Positions 26,942 to 39,199 of a DNA stretch of 64,000 nucleotides are shown in pieces. Within the stretch, counting starts at the first letter, position 1. Every line of letters starts with the position of its first letter. Under the pieces are notes generated by a model. The model saw nothing but the letters and a program-made list of their open reading frames with translations, ran no database searches and was not told the DNA's origin. Origin of the DNA: Octopus sinensis. Lineage: Eukaryota. The position numbers and the translations under genes were made by a program. The DNA lies in assembly GCF_006345805.1 (NCBI RefSeq), contig NC_043013.1:20584001-20648000 (forward strand), read 5' to 3'.

Positions 26942-27729
26942 CCACTAATATCAATGAATTTATAAGAAGTGGATTTGTGAAATATTAAAGAAGTGGTACT
27001 TATAGTGACGAAAATCCAAAGAGTTCAAATGTACAGTATATACACAGCTGTTCCTACATTTTTTTTATCTAGAAGCATATGTATATAGACATAATGTTTT
27101 CGTTCAATATAACAACAGTGTTTCTTGAAAGACAATAGGCGATCTATAGACATGTTCTGTACAACTTTATAGCAACGAAACGAAAGAGCTTTGAGTGTAC
27201 GTAACTGTTATTTGTCTTGGAATATATGGCTGTTTAGGGCAGTAGAGTGAGTGGGTATATGTATGTGACGGAAGAGTGGGTGTATGTGTTCGCATTGTAT
27301 TTTGAGTATGTGTCTGAATTCAAATGTCTGTGAGCGTACGTACTGGGTATTAGTGAATTAAGGTGAGTATGTGTATGTGTTACTAAGTTGTCGTATAGCG
27401 ATGCATGTATTTATGAGTTCGACTAAATCCACTGTACGCATATATGTATATATAATATTATATGTGTGCGTATGTGTGTTTTTGTGTCTGTGTGTATGTG
27501 TGTATGCAAGTGGTTATGTTGATGTGTGGCGATATGTGTATGTGTTCTGGTTATATCAGCGTGTGCGTGTGTCTGTATGCATGTCTTCAGTAAGTGTTGG
27601 GTGTGTTAGGGAGTGGCGGGGGAGTAAATGTATGTATGGTTGTTTGTAATAGGTGAGTTAAGGATCTGTCCACTTAGCTGTCAGGATTTTCCCTAAGGAA
27701 CTGGTCAATAACTTATCAACATTCCCTTC

Positions 27730-27911
27730 CTCCTCCTTCTCCTCCTCATCATCATCACGAACAGCATCAACATCGCCTGTATACCTGGCTTCTGTTTTAT
27801 CTTTATTTTTATCTATTTCTTGTATAACTTTGTATCTATCTTTCTTTTGTTTCTAGAACATTTCACCATTTATTGATCCATTTTTCAGTAACTCTGCCAT
27901 TTTCCCTATAG

Positions 27912-27961
<50 letters not shown>

Positions 27962-28218
27962 CCACCACTATCACCACCACCATCATCATCATCATCTTCG
28001 TCGTCATTATCATCATAATCCTCCTCCTCCTCCTCCTCCTCCTCCACATCATCATACTCCTCATCATCAGCAGTAGCATCAGCATCCGCATCATAATCAC
28101 CACCACCACCACCACCACCACCATCACCACCACCATCATCACCATCATAGTCGTCATCATCATCATCATCATCATCATCCTCATTATCCTCTTCCTCCTC
28201 CTCAGCATCATCATCATC
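27730..28218. repeat. Compound trinucleotide repeats (CAT)n/(CCT)n/(CAC)n
   Basis: Directly visible; source of the poly-D/E/M ORFs. Confidence 0.95.
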
Positions 28219-28429
28219 TTTATTACTAATACATTTTATTTTTGCTAGTAATTATATACTGATTAGTTAGCAATATCCATGTTAGAAACCAGCGTACACT
28301 CTAACAAAGAAAGGACGACTTTTGTAGCACTCACGTTTTCAATGAAGCATTTTCACGCTCAATAATAATAATAATTTGAGAACTTTATTCGAAATGGCTT
28401 CAGCAATTTCCCTTGAAAATGCAACTACA

Positions 28430-28710
<281 letters not shown>

Positions 28711-29192
28711 CATTAATGTGTGCGCGTCTGCGAGTGGATGTGAGTGTCTGTTCTTGAATTACCGCACCGTGCTTCATTGTCGGCCAATGCTAAGTCCAAA
28801 TTGTTCTCTTAATCCGGCAAAAATAGCTCCATGCCATAGACAATTGTCTTATCCAGGTTAGAATAGATTTATATGTAATCTGATTAACGCTACACAATGT
28901 TGAAATGAATACGAAATTGACGAATCGTGATGATTTGCAAAGGTTGTCGCCAGCTTGGACTGGCTGGCATCAAAGATTTATTCGAACATGCAGAACATAT
29001 TATCCAGATATACAAATGTTGGCAACTTCACCATTTTGCTTCGTTGCTTCAACAGAAACAGACTCTGCTGATAGTCTCGTGATTTGTAAGTTTGTATTGA
29101 TCCGTGCATTACGGAGTTTAAAATGGAAGACAACTGATTGGAAATATATTTACGATGACAGCGACAGTTATACTTCATGCAGTAACAATATT

Positions 29193-29234
29193 AACAAGAA
29201 CAAGAACAACAACAACAATAATAATAATGATAAT

Positions 29235-29290
<56 letters not shown>

Positions 29291-29368
29291 GTAATGATAA
29301 TGATAATAATAATAATAATAATAATAATAATGGTAATGATAATGATAATAATAATAATAATAATAATA

Positions 29369-29427
<59 letters not shown>

Positions 29428-29433
29428 AATAAT

Positions 29434-29471
<38 letters not shown>

Positions 29472-29556
29472 TAATAATAATAATAATGATGATGATGATG
29501 ATAATGGTAATGATAATGATAATAATAATAAACAACAACAACAACAACAACAACAC
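29193..29556. repeat. (AAT)n/(GAT)n/(AAC)n microsatellite
   Basis: Directly visible. Confidence 0.97.
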
Positions 29557-30543
29557 TAAGAAGAAAGAAAACCATCAACAGCAACGAAATATGTTGTAAT
29601 CAATAGATAGATCATGACAACACCAGCAACAACAAGAGCAGCAACAATATTAACAACAGCAGTAATAATAAAAATGAAGATGGCAGTTAATCCAAGACAA
29701 TTTTATGACGAGTATGAAATATTTTAAACTGGGCCTCTACTTGAAAATGGAATATTATGTATCGAGTAGAAAAATTCAATTAAAGATGATATTCAATAAA
29801 CTTATATAGTTATATAGACTTATAATTGTACCATACATACTTACACATATATAAACACTGTAAACCTGACCTCCACTCCATACAACGAAATACATGCATA
29901 TATATATATGTATATACATACACAGACACGCGCTGACATATATACACATACATATATATCTATCTATGTATCGATGTATCCAGATATATGTAAGTGTAGT
30001 TATAACTATGTCTATATGTATATAAATATGACTGTGTCTATGCCTATGTAAACATTCAGATATGTATATATATACTCATATATATGTGTGCGTGTGTGTT
30101 TGTGTGCGTGTGCGCATGTGTGTTTGTAGCTATATATATAGAGATATATATATATATATATATATACATACATACATACAAACATACATACATGCATGCA
30201 TACATACATATTTATAAACATACAGACATACATACATAGGTGTGGATATAATATACATTATTTATATAGTACGATGTAAAGTTTAAATTGTATGACAACT
30301 ATTAATAGAAAATATGGTTTTTTTGTATGTCCGCAGGGAAACTGTGAGAAGGTCTCGTATTGCCATTCGGAAAATGACTAAAATCCTAAAATGACGCAAA
30401 AAAATTTGCTTCAACACCCAAATTAATGTCAAGAATCTTGCAAACCAGATACAAAAACGAAGTATATATGTGTGTGTGGGGGGGGGCGGGTTATAGTACC
30501 ATTTATTCTTCATCTAACTCGGATACTTGTCGCATATTACATT

Positions 30544-30590
<47 letters not shown>

Positions 30591-31485
30591 TATATATATG
30601 TAAGTGTGTGTGTGTGTGTGCGTGTGTTCTTCATATATCACTCAACGTAGACATGTTGTAAGAAATTCACAATACTGCGGAATTCGTCCCGAGATAGTGT
30701 CTCAAACAGACGCTTTGTACTAAATAGCACAACAGTATCAGTAGCAGTAGTGTCCCGTCTATACGAGGTGCTTTGTCGTTATTGTGGCCATCGTGCAGTA
30801 TGTCGTCAGCATTGAGTGAGGAATCCTACTCTGATTCTAACGCTGATTCTGCTGACGTGGTGTCCTATGATGTTAATGTTCTTAAGAGTATACTGGAGGA
30901 TCTTTATGTATGTACAAGTGATTATAAATCACATACATAAGTCGCAGTACATTAATCGGCAAATTGATTAGTCGCTAGCCGTACACACTTGCTGTAAAAC
31001 ATCTCAAGAGTGAATGGCCTGTTAATATGTAGTCAGTTGTCAGTCAAGACATGTTTCTGTCTTAAGTTTAAACAAGATGAAATATCTTCTTTTGCTTTTT
31101 GCTTTTTTTTATTTCTGCTTTATTGCAACTTTTATTCATTGATCCTGTCTCGTTGCTTGTCGAAACCTATTGGCCGAAATGTTTAAAAAGTCACTGCAAA
31201 CATGGTTACCAACATTTTTGTGCAGCTTATCAAAATAAAAATGTTCAGTACCGCAAGCTAAGTCTGACTTTATCTGTTTCTTAGTGACATTTTCCATTTA
31301 AAATATTATTTAAGAAGCCAAATATGTTAGGCGCCGAAGGAATCAAGTATGTGATAATGTTTTGTAATTTATATAAAGATAAAAAAATTATTTTACATTG
31401 TCAAAAAAGTAAAAGAATGTTTACATTATTTGTTTCTTCGCAAAACCCCAAATTTGGGGGATTATATATAAGATATTATATATAA

Positions 31486-31861
31486 GGCGCAGGCGTGGTT
31501 GTATGATAAGAAGCTTGCTTCCCAAACACATGGTTCTGGGTTCATTCCCGCTGCATGGTTCCTTGGACAAGTGTCTTCTGCTATAGCCTCGACCCGACCA
31601 AAACCTTGTGAGTGAATTTGGTAGGCGGAAACTGAAAAGAAGACCGGCGTATATATGTATATATATATTTATGTGTCTGTGTTCGTGTCTGTGTTTGTTC
31701 CCCTCCCCATCGCTTAACAACAGATGTTGGTGTGTTTACGTCCCTGTAACTTTGTGGTTCGGCAGAAAAGACCGATAGCATAAACACCAGTCTTACAAAG
31801 AATAAGTCCAGGGGTTGATTTCTTCGAATAAAAGGCAGTACTCCAGCATGGCTACAATCAA
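31486..31861 (+). mobile_element. SINE family B
   Basis: ggcgcaggcgtggttgtatgataag head through ctccagcatggc. Confidence 0.85.
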
Positions 31862-31919
31862 TTAAAAAAAAATATTATATACGTTGGTTCGATATAATTT
31901 ATTGTGAATATTATCAAGA

Positions 31920-32285
31920 TGTATATTTCGCCTGACTTTACGTTCTGATTTCAAATGCCACCGGGGTTGAATTTGCCTTTCATCCTTTCGGGGTCGATAA
32001 ATTAAGTACCAGTGAAATATTGGGTTCGATGTAATCGACTGATCCCCTTCCCAAAAATGTCAGGCCTTGTGCCTATAGTAAAAAGGATTATTGAAATGTT
32101 GTAAGGCGGCAAGCTGGTAGAATCATTAGCGCTCCGGGCGAATTGTTTAGCATCATTTTGTCCGTGTGTATGTTCTGAGTTCAAATGACACCAAGGTCGA
32201 CTTTAGCTCTCATCCTTTTGGGCTTGATAAAATAAGCACCAGGGCTTCCCTAAAATTGCTGACCTTGTGTCAAATTTTGAAATCA
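31920..32285 (+). mobile_element. Two tandem SINE family A copies (31920-32090, 32104-32285)
   Basis: Each has ttctga-ttcaaat and catccttt-ggg..gataa. Confidence 0.8.
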
Positions 32286-32660
32286 ATATTATTGACATAT
32301 AGTAATGAAATCAGAATTGACTAGAAATATATAAAAGCAGAATCGCAACCAAAATTGACCAGAAAATGGATTTGTCATTCGACCACGGTTCATTCAAAGG
32401 ACGTGTCCACACCATCGCATCTGATACTTGATCAAGACATCCGCTACACTGGACAATCCAGGCATTTGCAGGATGGTGCTATTCTTCACTTTATCTTCCC
32501 ACTCATCTTTGCATATTTCCCTGAAACATCTCATATCAAAACATATGTATATGTGTGTGTGTTAATGCATGTATATTTACGCACCCCCCCCCACACACAC
32601 ATATATATATATATATATATACATACAAATATATATACAAATATCTACATACATACATAC

Positions 32661-32740
32661 TTGAAATATATTTCACAGAATCAGATTGAATGAACTGCTG
32701 CATTCTGTATATCATTCTGTGCGCTTCATTGTAGTTTATA

Positions 32741-32821
<81 letters not shown>

Positions 32822-32889
32822 ATATATATTTCAATGAATATACATAATGCAACAGTTCCCTCAATCTGATTCTTTAGAATATATTTTAA
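32661..32889. repeat. Inverted repeat flanking a (TA)n tract
   Basis: 32661-32716 is the reverse complement of 32833-32889 (gaatcagattg / caatctgattc). Confidence 0.7.
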
Positions 32890-33096
32890 GCATTCTCCTA
32901 CATTAAATACAACTTACTAGAGAGCTCGACATATATCCTGGTTTGACCGAATATTGCTATCTTAAGAATTCATTATAATAAAGATATCTCCTGGCATCCA
33001 GTGTCTGAAGTGCATTGTTACGATTTCGGTCAAATTAGTCCTTAAATGAACTACTATATGTATATATGTACATATATACATATATTCACACACACA

Positions 33097-33189
<93 letters not shown>

Positions 33190-33231
33190 TATACCTATAC
33201 ATATATATATACATACCTGTATATATATATA

Positions 33232-33281
<50 letters not shown>

Positions 33282-33284
33282 GAT

Positions 33285-33385
<101 letters not shown>

Positions 33386-33764
33386 ATTTGACAACAATAT
33401 CTGTTTAGGAAAAAGAAGTTAAATCGATAAAAAGAATTAGGAAAACTATAAAAATACGTATACCATAAAATTACTGAAACGTTGAAGGCCGAAAATGAAA
33501 TGAAAAATTGATAAAATAACCAAAAATAACCAAAGATAATGCCTTAAAGGAATCTGCTATTGCCTGAAGACTGTCTCAAAGAAATTTGGCAAAAACTGCG
33601 ACGTAGGAGGAAGTTAAGTGGCAAAGAAGTCAGTCTGTGGTTGTGTGTAGGGTTGGATTGTGTGGTAACGTAGTTTAGGTTAGTAGAAGCTGAACATAAT
33701 GTGTGCATGCGTGGATTTGCATGTATGTTTGTGTGAAGATTGTATGTGTATTTGTGTGTGCGAG

Positions 33765-34208
33765 AGTGTGCATGTGTCTGTGTGTGCATGTGTCTGTGTG
33801 TGCATGTGTCTGTGTGTGCATGTGTCTGTGTGTGCATGTGTCTGTGTGTGCATGTGTCTGTGGTGCATGTGTCTGTGTGTTGCATGTGTCTGTGTGTGCA
33901 TGTGTCTGTGTGTGCATGTGTCTGTGTGTGCATGTGTCTGTGTGTGCATGTGTCTGTGTGTGCATGTGTCTGTGTGTGCATGTGTCTGTGTGTGCATGTG
34001 TCTGTGTGTGCATGTGTCTGTGTGTGCATGTGTCTGTGTGCATGTGTCTGTGTGTGCATGTGTGTGTGTGTGTGTGTGTGTTTGTGCACACATTTGTGTG
34101 TGTGCATGTGTCTGTGGTGCATGTGTCTGTGTGTGCATGTGTCTGTGTGTGCATGTGTCTGTGTGTGCATGTGTCTGTGTGTGCATGTGTCTGTGTGTGC
34201 ATGTGTCT
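33765..34208. repeat. 16-bp minisatellite (TGTGTGCATGTGTCTG)n
   Basis: More than 20 near-identical units. Confidence 0.95.
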
Positions 34209-34380
34209 ACAAGTGTATTTAAGTTTGGATCTGTACGAATCTCTATTCACTGGTCCGTGTGTGTGTGTGTTTTTGTGTGCTGGTGTCTACGAATGTGTGT
34301 TTATTAATGAGTGCTGGTTAATTGTGTGTGTATGAGTATATATGTGTGAGTCTGCGTCTGTGTGCGTCTGTTTGCGTCAG

Positions 34381-34638
34381 TGTGTGTGTGTGTGTGTGTT
34401 TGCGTGGGCCTACGCGTTTGTTCGTTAAGCAGTCTGTACAGGTAAAATTATTGTGTATGTGTGTGTATATCTGTTTTATATACATGCATATGCGTGTGTG
34501 TGTGTGTGGTGTGTGTGTGTGTGTGTGTGTGTTGTGTGTGTGTGTGTTTGCGTGGGCCTACGCGTTTGTTCGTTAAGCAGTCTGTACAGGTAAAATTATT
34601 GTGTATGTGTGTGTATATCTGTTTTATATACATGCATA

Positions 34639-34680
<42 letters not shown>
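34381..34680. repeat. Tandem duplication, ~148-bp period
   Basis: tttgcgtgggcctacgcg...catgcatatgcg at 34399-34494 and 34547-34642, separated by (TG)n. Confidence 0.92.
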
Positions 34681-34682
<2 letters not shown>

Positions 34683-34995
34683 TGCACACATTTGTGTGTG
34701 TGCATGTGTGCACGATATGAATCATATGAACTTATGTTTACGCATATGTATATGTTGGTTAATTGTGTATATGTGTGTATTGTGAGTTGCTATGAGCAGA
34801 AACAATGAGAAGAAAAATATAATTTTGACTTCATTCATTTAGTAATTTCGTGGATTATCGCCTGGGATTACGTAGATAATGCTTTCTTTGTTTTCTTGTT
34901 CATCCGTCAATGTTAGGTTCAAATTCTACAAAGTTCGACATTTTCCATTATAACCAGCTATACAGAAGTTGCATACTCACCACACGCACGTACAG

Positions 34996-35038
<43 letters not shown>

Positions 35039-35069
35039 GACAGAGAGAGACAGAGACAGAGAGAAACAT

Positions 35070-35560
35070 TCATATCATCTTCTTTGTTCATCTGAGCGAC
35101 GATGACCATCAATCCATCCCTAAGGATGAATTGCGCGTTGAATGAGTTTAAACTTTAGAAGAGTTGTGCAACATCAACGTCACATTTACGTCAATGACCG
35201 CCTTCGGTCCATGGAGGAACCAGGACAAAACCAGATGAAGACAATTTGTGATAGAGACGGATATAGTGTGGATGACCAGGATATCTTAGTTACATTGCCT
35301 TGCTATCTGAACCCCGCAATGTATCGATGCAGCCGCTCCACACCATTGAACCATAAAGGGTTCTTCCTCAGATTTCTCAGAATCTCAGTCTTCACATGCA
35401 TAGTTAGGCGAGCCCTAACACTCATAGCTGGGTCCCTGACATGTGCTGCTACTCAAGATCAGAGAAGAATAGGTAACGATATTTATCACGAGGTGTTTCT
35501 TGAAACTCCCGATCCAAGGCTCCAGTCCCGGACGCAGTTCAAAATCTTGCCCAGGACACC
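35070..35560 (-). mobile_element. Probable RTE LINE 3' end
   Basis: Minus strand reads PGQDFELRPGLEPWIG-like decayed C-terminus and ends in gaagatgat; motifs are weak. Confidence 0.4.
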
Positions 35561-35675
35561 TCACATTCGCGCGCACGCACATACGCACACACACATATTC
35601 ATATACATACATATATATATATACATATGTGTGATTTTGTGTGTGTGTTTATATGTATATATATATGTTTGTGTC

Positions 35676-35719
<44 letters not shown>

Positions 35720-35727
35720 AATAAATA

Positions 35728-35847
35728 TCATCAGCCGAAATTACGAGGATGATCCGGTTCTTGACTGAAGATTAAAGGCTTCCAATGACCCGTCCGTGTT
35801 TTTTGTATCGTCTATCTGGATGTTTTGCGTCCTCGTCCCATTTTGTA
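35728..35847 (+). mobile_element. Solo copy of the terminal segment of 12717-13623, in (TA)n
   Basis: atcagccgaaattacgaggat..ttgactgaagat..tgacccgtcc..tcgtctatctggatgttttgcgt matches 13468-13623. Confidence 0.8.
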
Positions 35848-36401
35848 TATATATATATATATATCCGCGTGCAGATATACTCAGTATAATTTAAATCAAC
35901 CAAATGCGATCTCCAGCATTTCTGTCATTATATATGTGAGAAATCATCCGTAGTAATGCCGTCATTTTTGAAATTGGGGCTCTAGGTTAATTTGTGTCAC
36001 AATACTGATAACGCCGTCTGTTCATTCCCTGAAGACATCTTCCATTTTCGCAGTTTTTCCTTGTATGGTTTTATTGGAAGATGGACAGAGATTGCAAGAG
36101 ATTGTCATTCATCACAACGAACCGTATTATCTTCGAAATGGATTTCATTTCGTCTCCTCCCTTTTTATTCTCTCTCTCATTGCACACACGCGCAAAAAAA
36201 AGACGTACATAAAGAGAAAGAGAGAGAAGGATTGAGAGAGAAAGAGAGAAAAGGTGAAAGAGAGTGGGCAGACAGAGAATAATCTGTATATCTTAACGTG
36301 GATATACTAAAAAGAAGTCAAAGATATACATATGTATATATATATATATATCTAAATTCGGTATGTGGTAAGGCAACTCGTTGCTAAACCCTTATTGCTT
36401 A

Positions 36402-36445
<44 letters not shown>

Positions 36446-36653
36446 ATACAGACACACAGATACATATGTATGTATGTATGTATGTATGTACCTATGGATA
36501 TATGTACGTACCTATGCATGCATGCACGTATGTATAGATGTGGATGATAATGACGAGTGCTTCCTTTTGTCAGATGATAGCTGCCTGGTATTCAGCTTAA
36601 GTGCTCTGATTTACTGCACATATAAATACTGCACATGTCACCATGCATCCATC

Positions 36654-36751
36654 GTCATAGGACTTAATAAAATATAAAACGGAAATAGAAATGAAATGAG
36701 AGTGAAGCATCTGTACGTCACTGCATGTAAGTGGCAAAAGCATATACAACA

Positions 36752-36803
<52 letters not shown>

Positions 36804-37021
36804 TATAATACTATTCCACAGCAATACCAACAATCCAACATACCTCCATCATCAGGTGCCCCACGGATATCATTATGGTTTCGACACTTGGGCAGTACCA
36901 TTCAGTACCATTAAGTCATAGGACTTAATAAAATATAAAACGGATCAAGAAATGAAATGAGAGTGAAACATCTGTACGTCACTGCATGTAAGTGGCAAAA
37001 GCATATACAACACTTATATAT

Positions 37022-37054
<33 letters not shown>

Positions 37055-37382
37055 TATAATACTATTCCACAGCAATACCAACAATCCAACATACCTCCAT
37101 CATCAGGTGCCCCACGGATATCATTATGGTTTCGACACTTGGGCAGTACCATTCAGTACCATTAAGTCATAGGACTTAATAAAATATAAAACGGATCAAG
37201 AAATGAAATGAGAGTGAAACATCTGTACGTCACTGCATGTAAGTGGCAAAAGCATATACAACACTTATATATATATATATATGTACAATAATACTATTCC
37301 ACAGCAATACCAACAATCCAACATACCTCCATCATCAGCTGCCCCACGGATATCATTATGGTTTCGACGCTTGGGCAGTACC
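36654..37382 (-). repeat. Tandem array of three units (~261, 251, 217 bp) with an internal (TA)n and HHR-like motifs
   Basis: Units start gtcataggacttaat at 36654, 36915 and 37166. Minus strand has a GGUACU-GCCCA-AGUGUC hairpin plus GAAAC, and CUGAUGA, in each unit. Confidence 0.85.
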
Positions 37383-37420
37383 TATCAATCCGGTGCTGTC
37401 AACAGTACTAAAAAAAAGAT

Positions 37421-37462
<42 letters not shown>

Positions 37463-38301
37463 CCATACATACACACAGATACATATGTATGTATGTATGT
37501 ATGTACCTATGGATATATGTACGTACCTATGCATGCATGCATATACATTGTTTTGGAACAAACAAACCAAAGAGATCACAACTTTCAACACATATACTCT
37601 ATGTACAACCTTATCGATAAATAAATTCAAAAAGTAAATTATAACTACTCCTGAATACGTAACTAAACAGCGACAAATATATCAAGTCATACAAAAATTA
37701 TAATCTCTACTCTTTTCCGTATTATAATACAAAATTACAATCTTAATAACCACATTATTTCAATCAATCAATAATATAGTCAGGATTAAACATTAACTTT
37801 AATAAAACTACGACAAAGAGACGTATAAACCAATGTACATTGTATCGGTATTAATAGTAAACTGCAATAACTAAATTATATACTAAATTGCGACCAATCT
37901 TTAATTCCATATAAATAATAATACCACCAGTCTTCCATAGATACTTCTATAATGAAAGTTAAAGCTTAATATAAATCTCTCCAAAACAAAACAAACACGA
38001 TTGAAATTACTTTAACTAATATTTTTATGAGTGAAATACATCTTCATCTCTCAAAAGTTAAAAATAAAACACTACATACTCATATATCACCACACCAAGA
38101 TGTAATATTAAATTACCAGTTACCAATATAAACGTGAAATTTCATTAAACAGCAACTAAAAAAGTACTTGTAATTAACTATGATTATAAATTATGCTATG
38201 TATAAAGCTAATTAAAACTGTTTAAAATATAATAAAACTACAAATATAACCACATGTTTAATCAGACACGCAGCTCCATCTCCAAGAATTTAAAGGGCCA
38301 A

Positions 38302-38589
38302 CTAAAAATTAATGACGTAGTGCGTAAATACTACTTCCTCAATTCTCTCAATATTGGTGACGTAGTAAGCAAATAACTCGAATCGTAAACCTCCCAAATC
38401 CTTACAAATATGTAGCTGATGAATAGATATTATCCCATATTTATTTAGAATTTCAAGTTTCCCACCTAAACAGCGATTAAAAGTTTTAACCAATTTACCA
38501 TATTTATACCCTTGTTTTACTAAATGTCTTAACAATTTATTTCTTTCCCAAACTTTATTAGCATTATCAATAATAGTACTTGAAAAATT

Positions 38590-38592
<3 letters not shown>
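38302..38592 (-). pseudogene. PLE reverse-transcriptase thumb / C-terminal fragment
   Basis: NKVWERNKLLRHLVKQGYKYGKLVKTFNR...LNKY matches the PLE thumb pattern R...L...L.KQGY...L...F.R. Confidence 0.6.
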
Positions 38593-38624
<32 letters not shown>

Positions 38625-38626
<2 letters not shown>

Positions 38627-38835
38627 CCATGTTGATTCGCTAGCCTCTGTACGCATTTTTTTTCTCTCCCTGTTTCTCTCCGTGTTTCTTTTCTGTGTAT
38701 CTTTCTGTTGAAGAGCGTAGGCTCGAAACGTAAAAGACTTGTTTTATTTATATCCCTGAGCGCCATACTAATACAATTGTTTGTTTGTATTCCACCTGTC
38801 TTCGTCTTTTGTTTATTTTCATAAAGCTTCCCGTT
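38625..38835 (+). mobile_element. PLE pLTR in (TA)n with minimal hammerhead at 38700-38737
   Basis: UCUUU-CUGUUGA-A-GAGC/GUAG/GCUC-GAAAC-GUA-AAAGA. Palindromic ACGU stem III; A6 to U variant. Confidence 0.7.
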
Positions 38836-38837
38836 AT

Positions 38838-38898
<61 letters not shown>

Positions 38899-38949
38899 AC
38901 ATACTTACACAAATACATATATATATACATATACATATATACATACATG

Positions 38950-39042
38950 TATCGAGATCGATAAATTACGTACCAATTGCGATCTAATCGACTGCCTCCG
39001 CCCCAAATATTTCGGACCTTGTGCCTGGAGTAGAAAGAATAG
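38950..39042 (+). mobile_element. SINE family A, 3' fragment
   Basis: gataaattacgtacc..taatcgact..ccttgtgcc..gtagaaagaat. Confidence 0.6.
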
Positions 39043-39199
39043 TACTGATACTGGAGATAATGTTGATAATGCAACGGGCTTTGAATATTGAACAAAGTTG
39101 TTGATTTGTACTAAGATCTTATGTATTTCGTGTACTTTTATATTTATGAGAAGTGATATGAAAACGCTTCCAGCTGAATAAATAAAAGTTCGTTAATAT

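Noticed and set aside
33558-33595. ttgc-CTGAAGA..GAAAtttggcaa as a hammerhead
   Set aside because: No stem II and no valid NUH register; probably chance.
33544-34335. His/Cys-rich ORFs resembling metal-binding proteins
   Set aside because: Produced by the stop-free 16-bp minisatellite in all six frames.
36850-36885. SECIS or C/D-box motif (AUGA...CUGAU) in the tandem unit
   Set aside because: Only ~15 nt lie between the motifs, too short for a SECIS helix II, and there is no apical AA.
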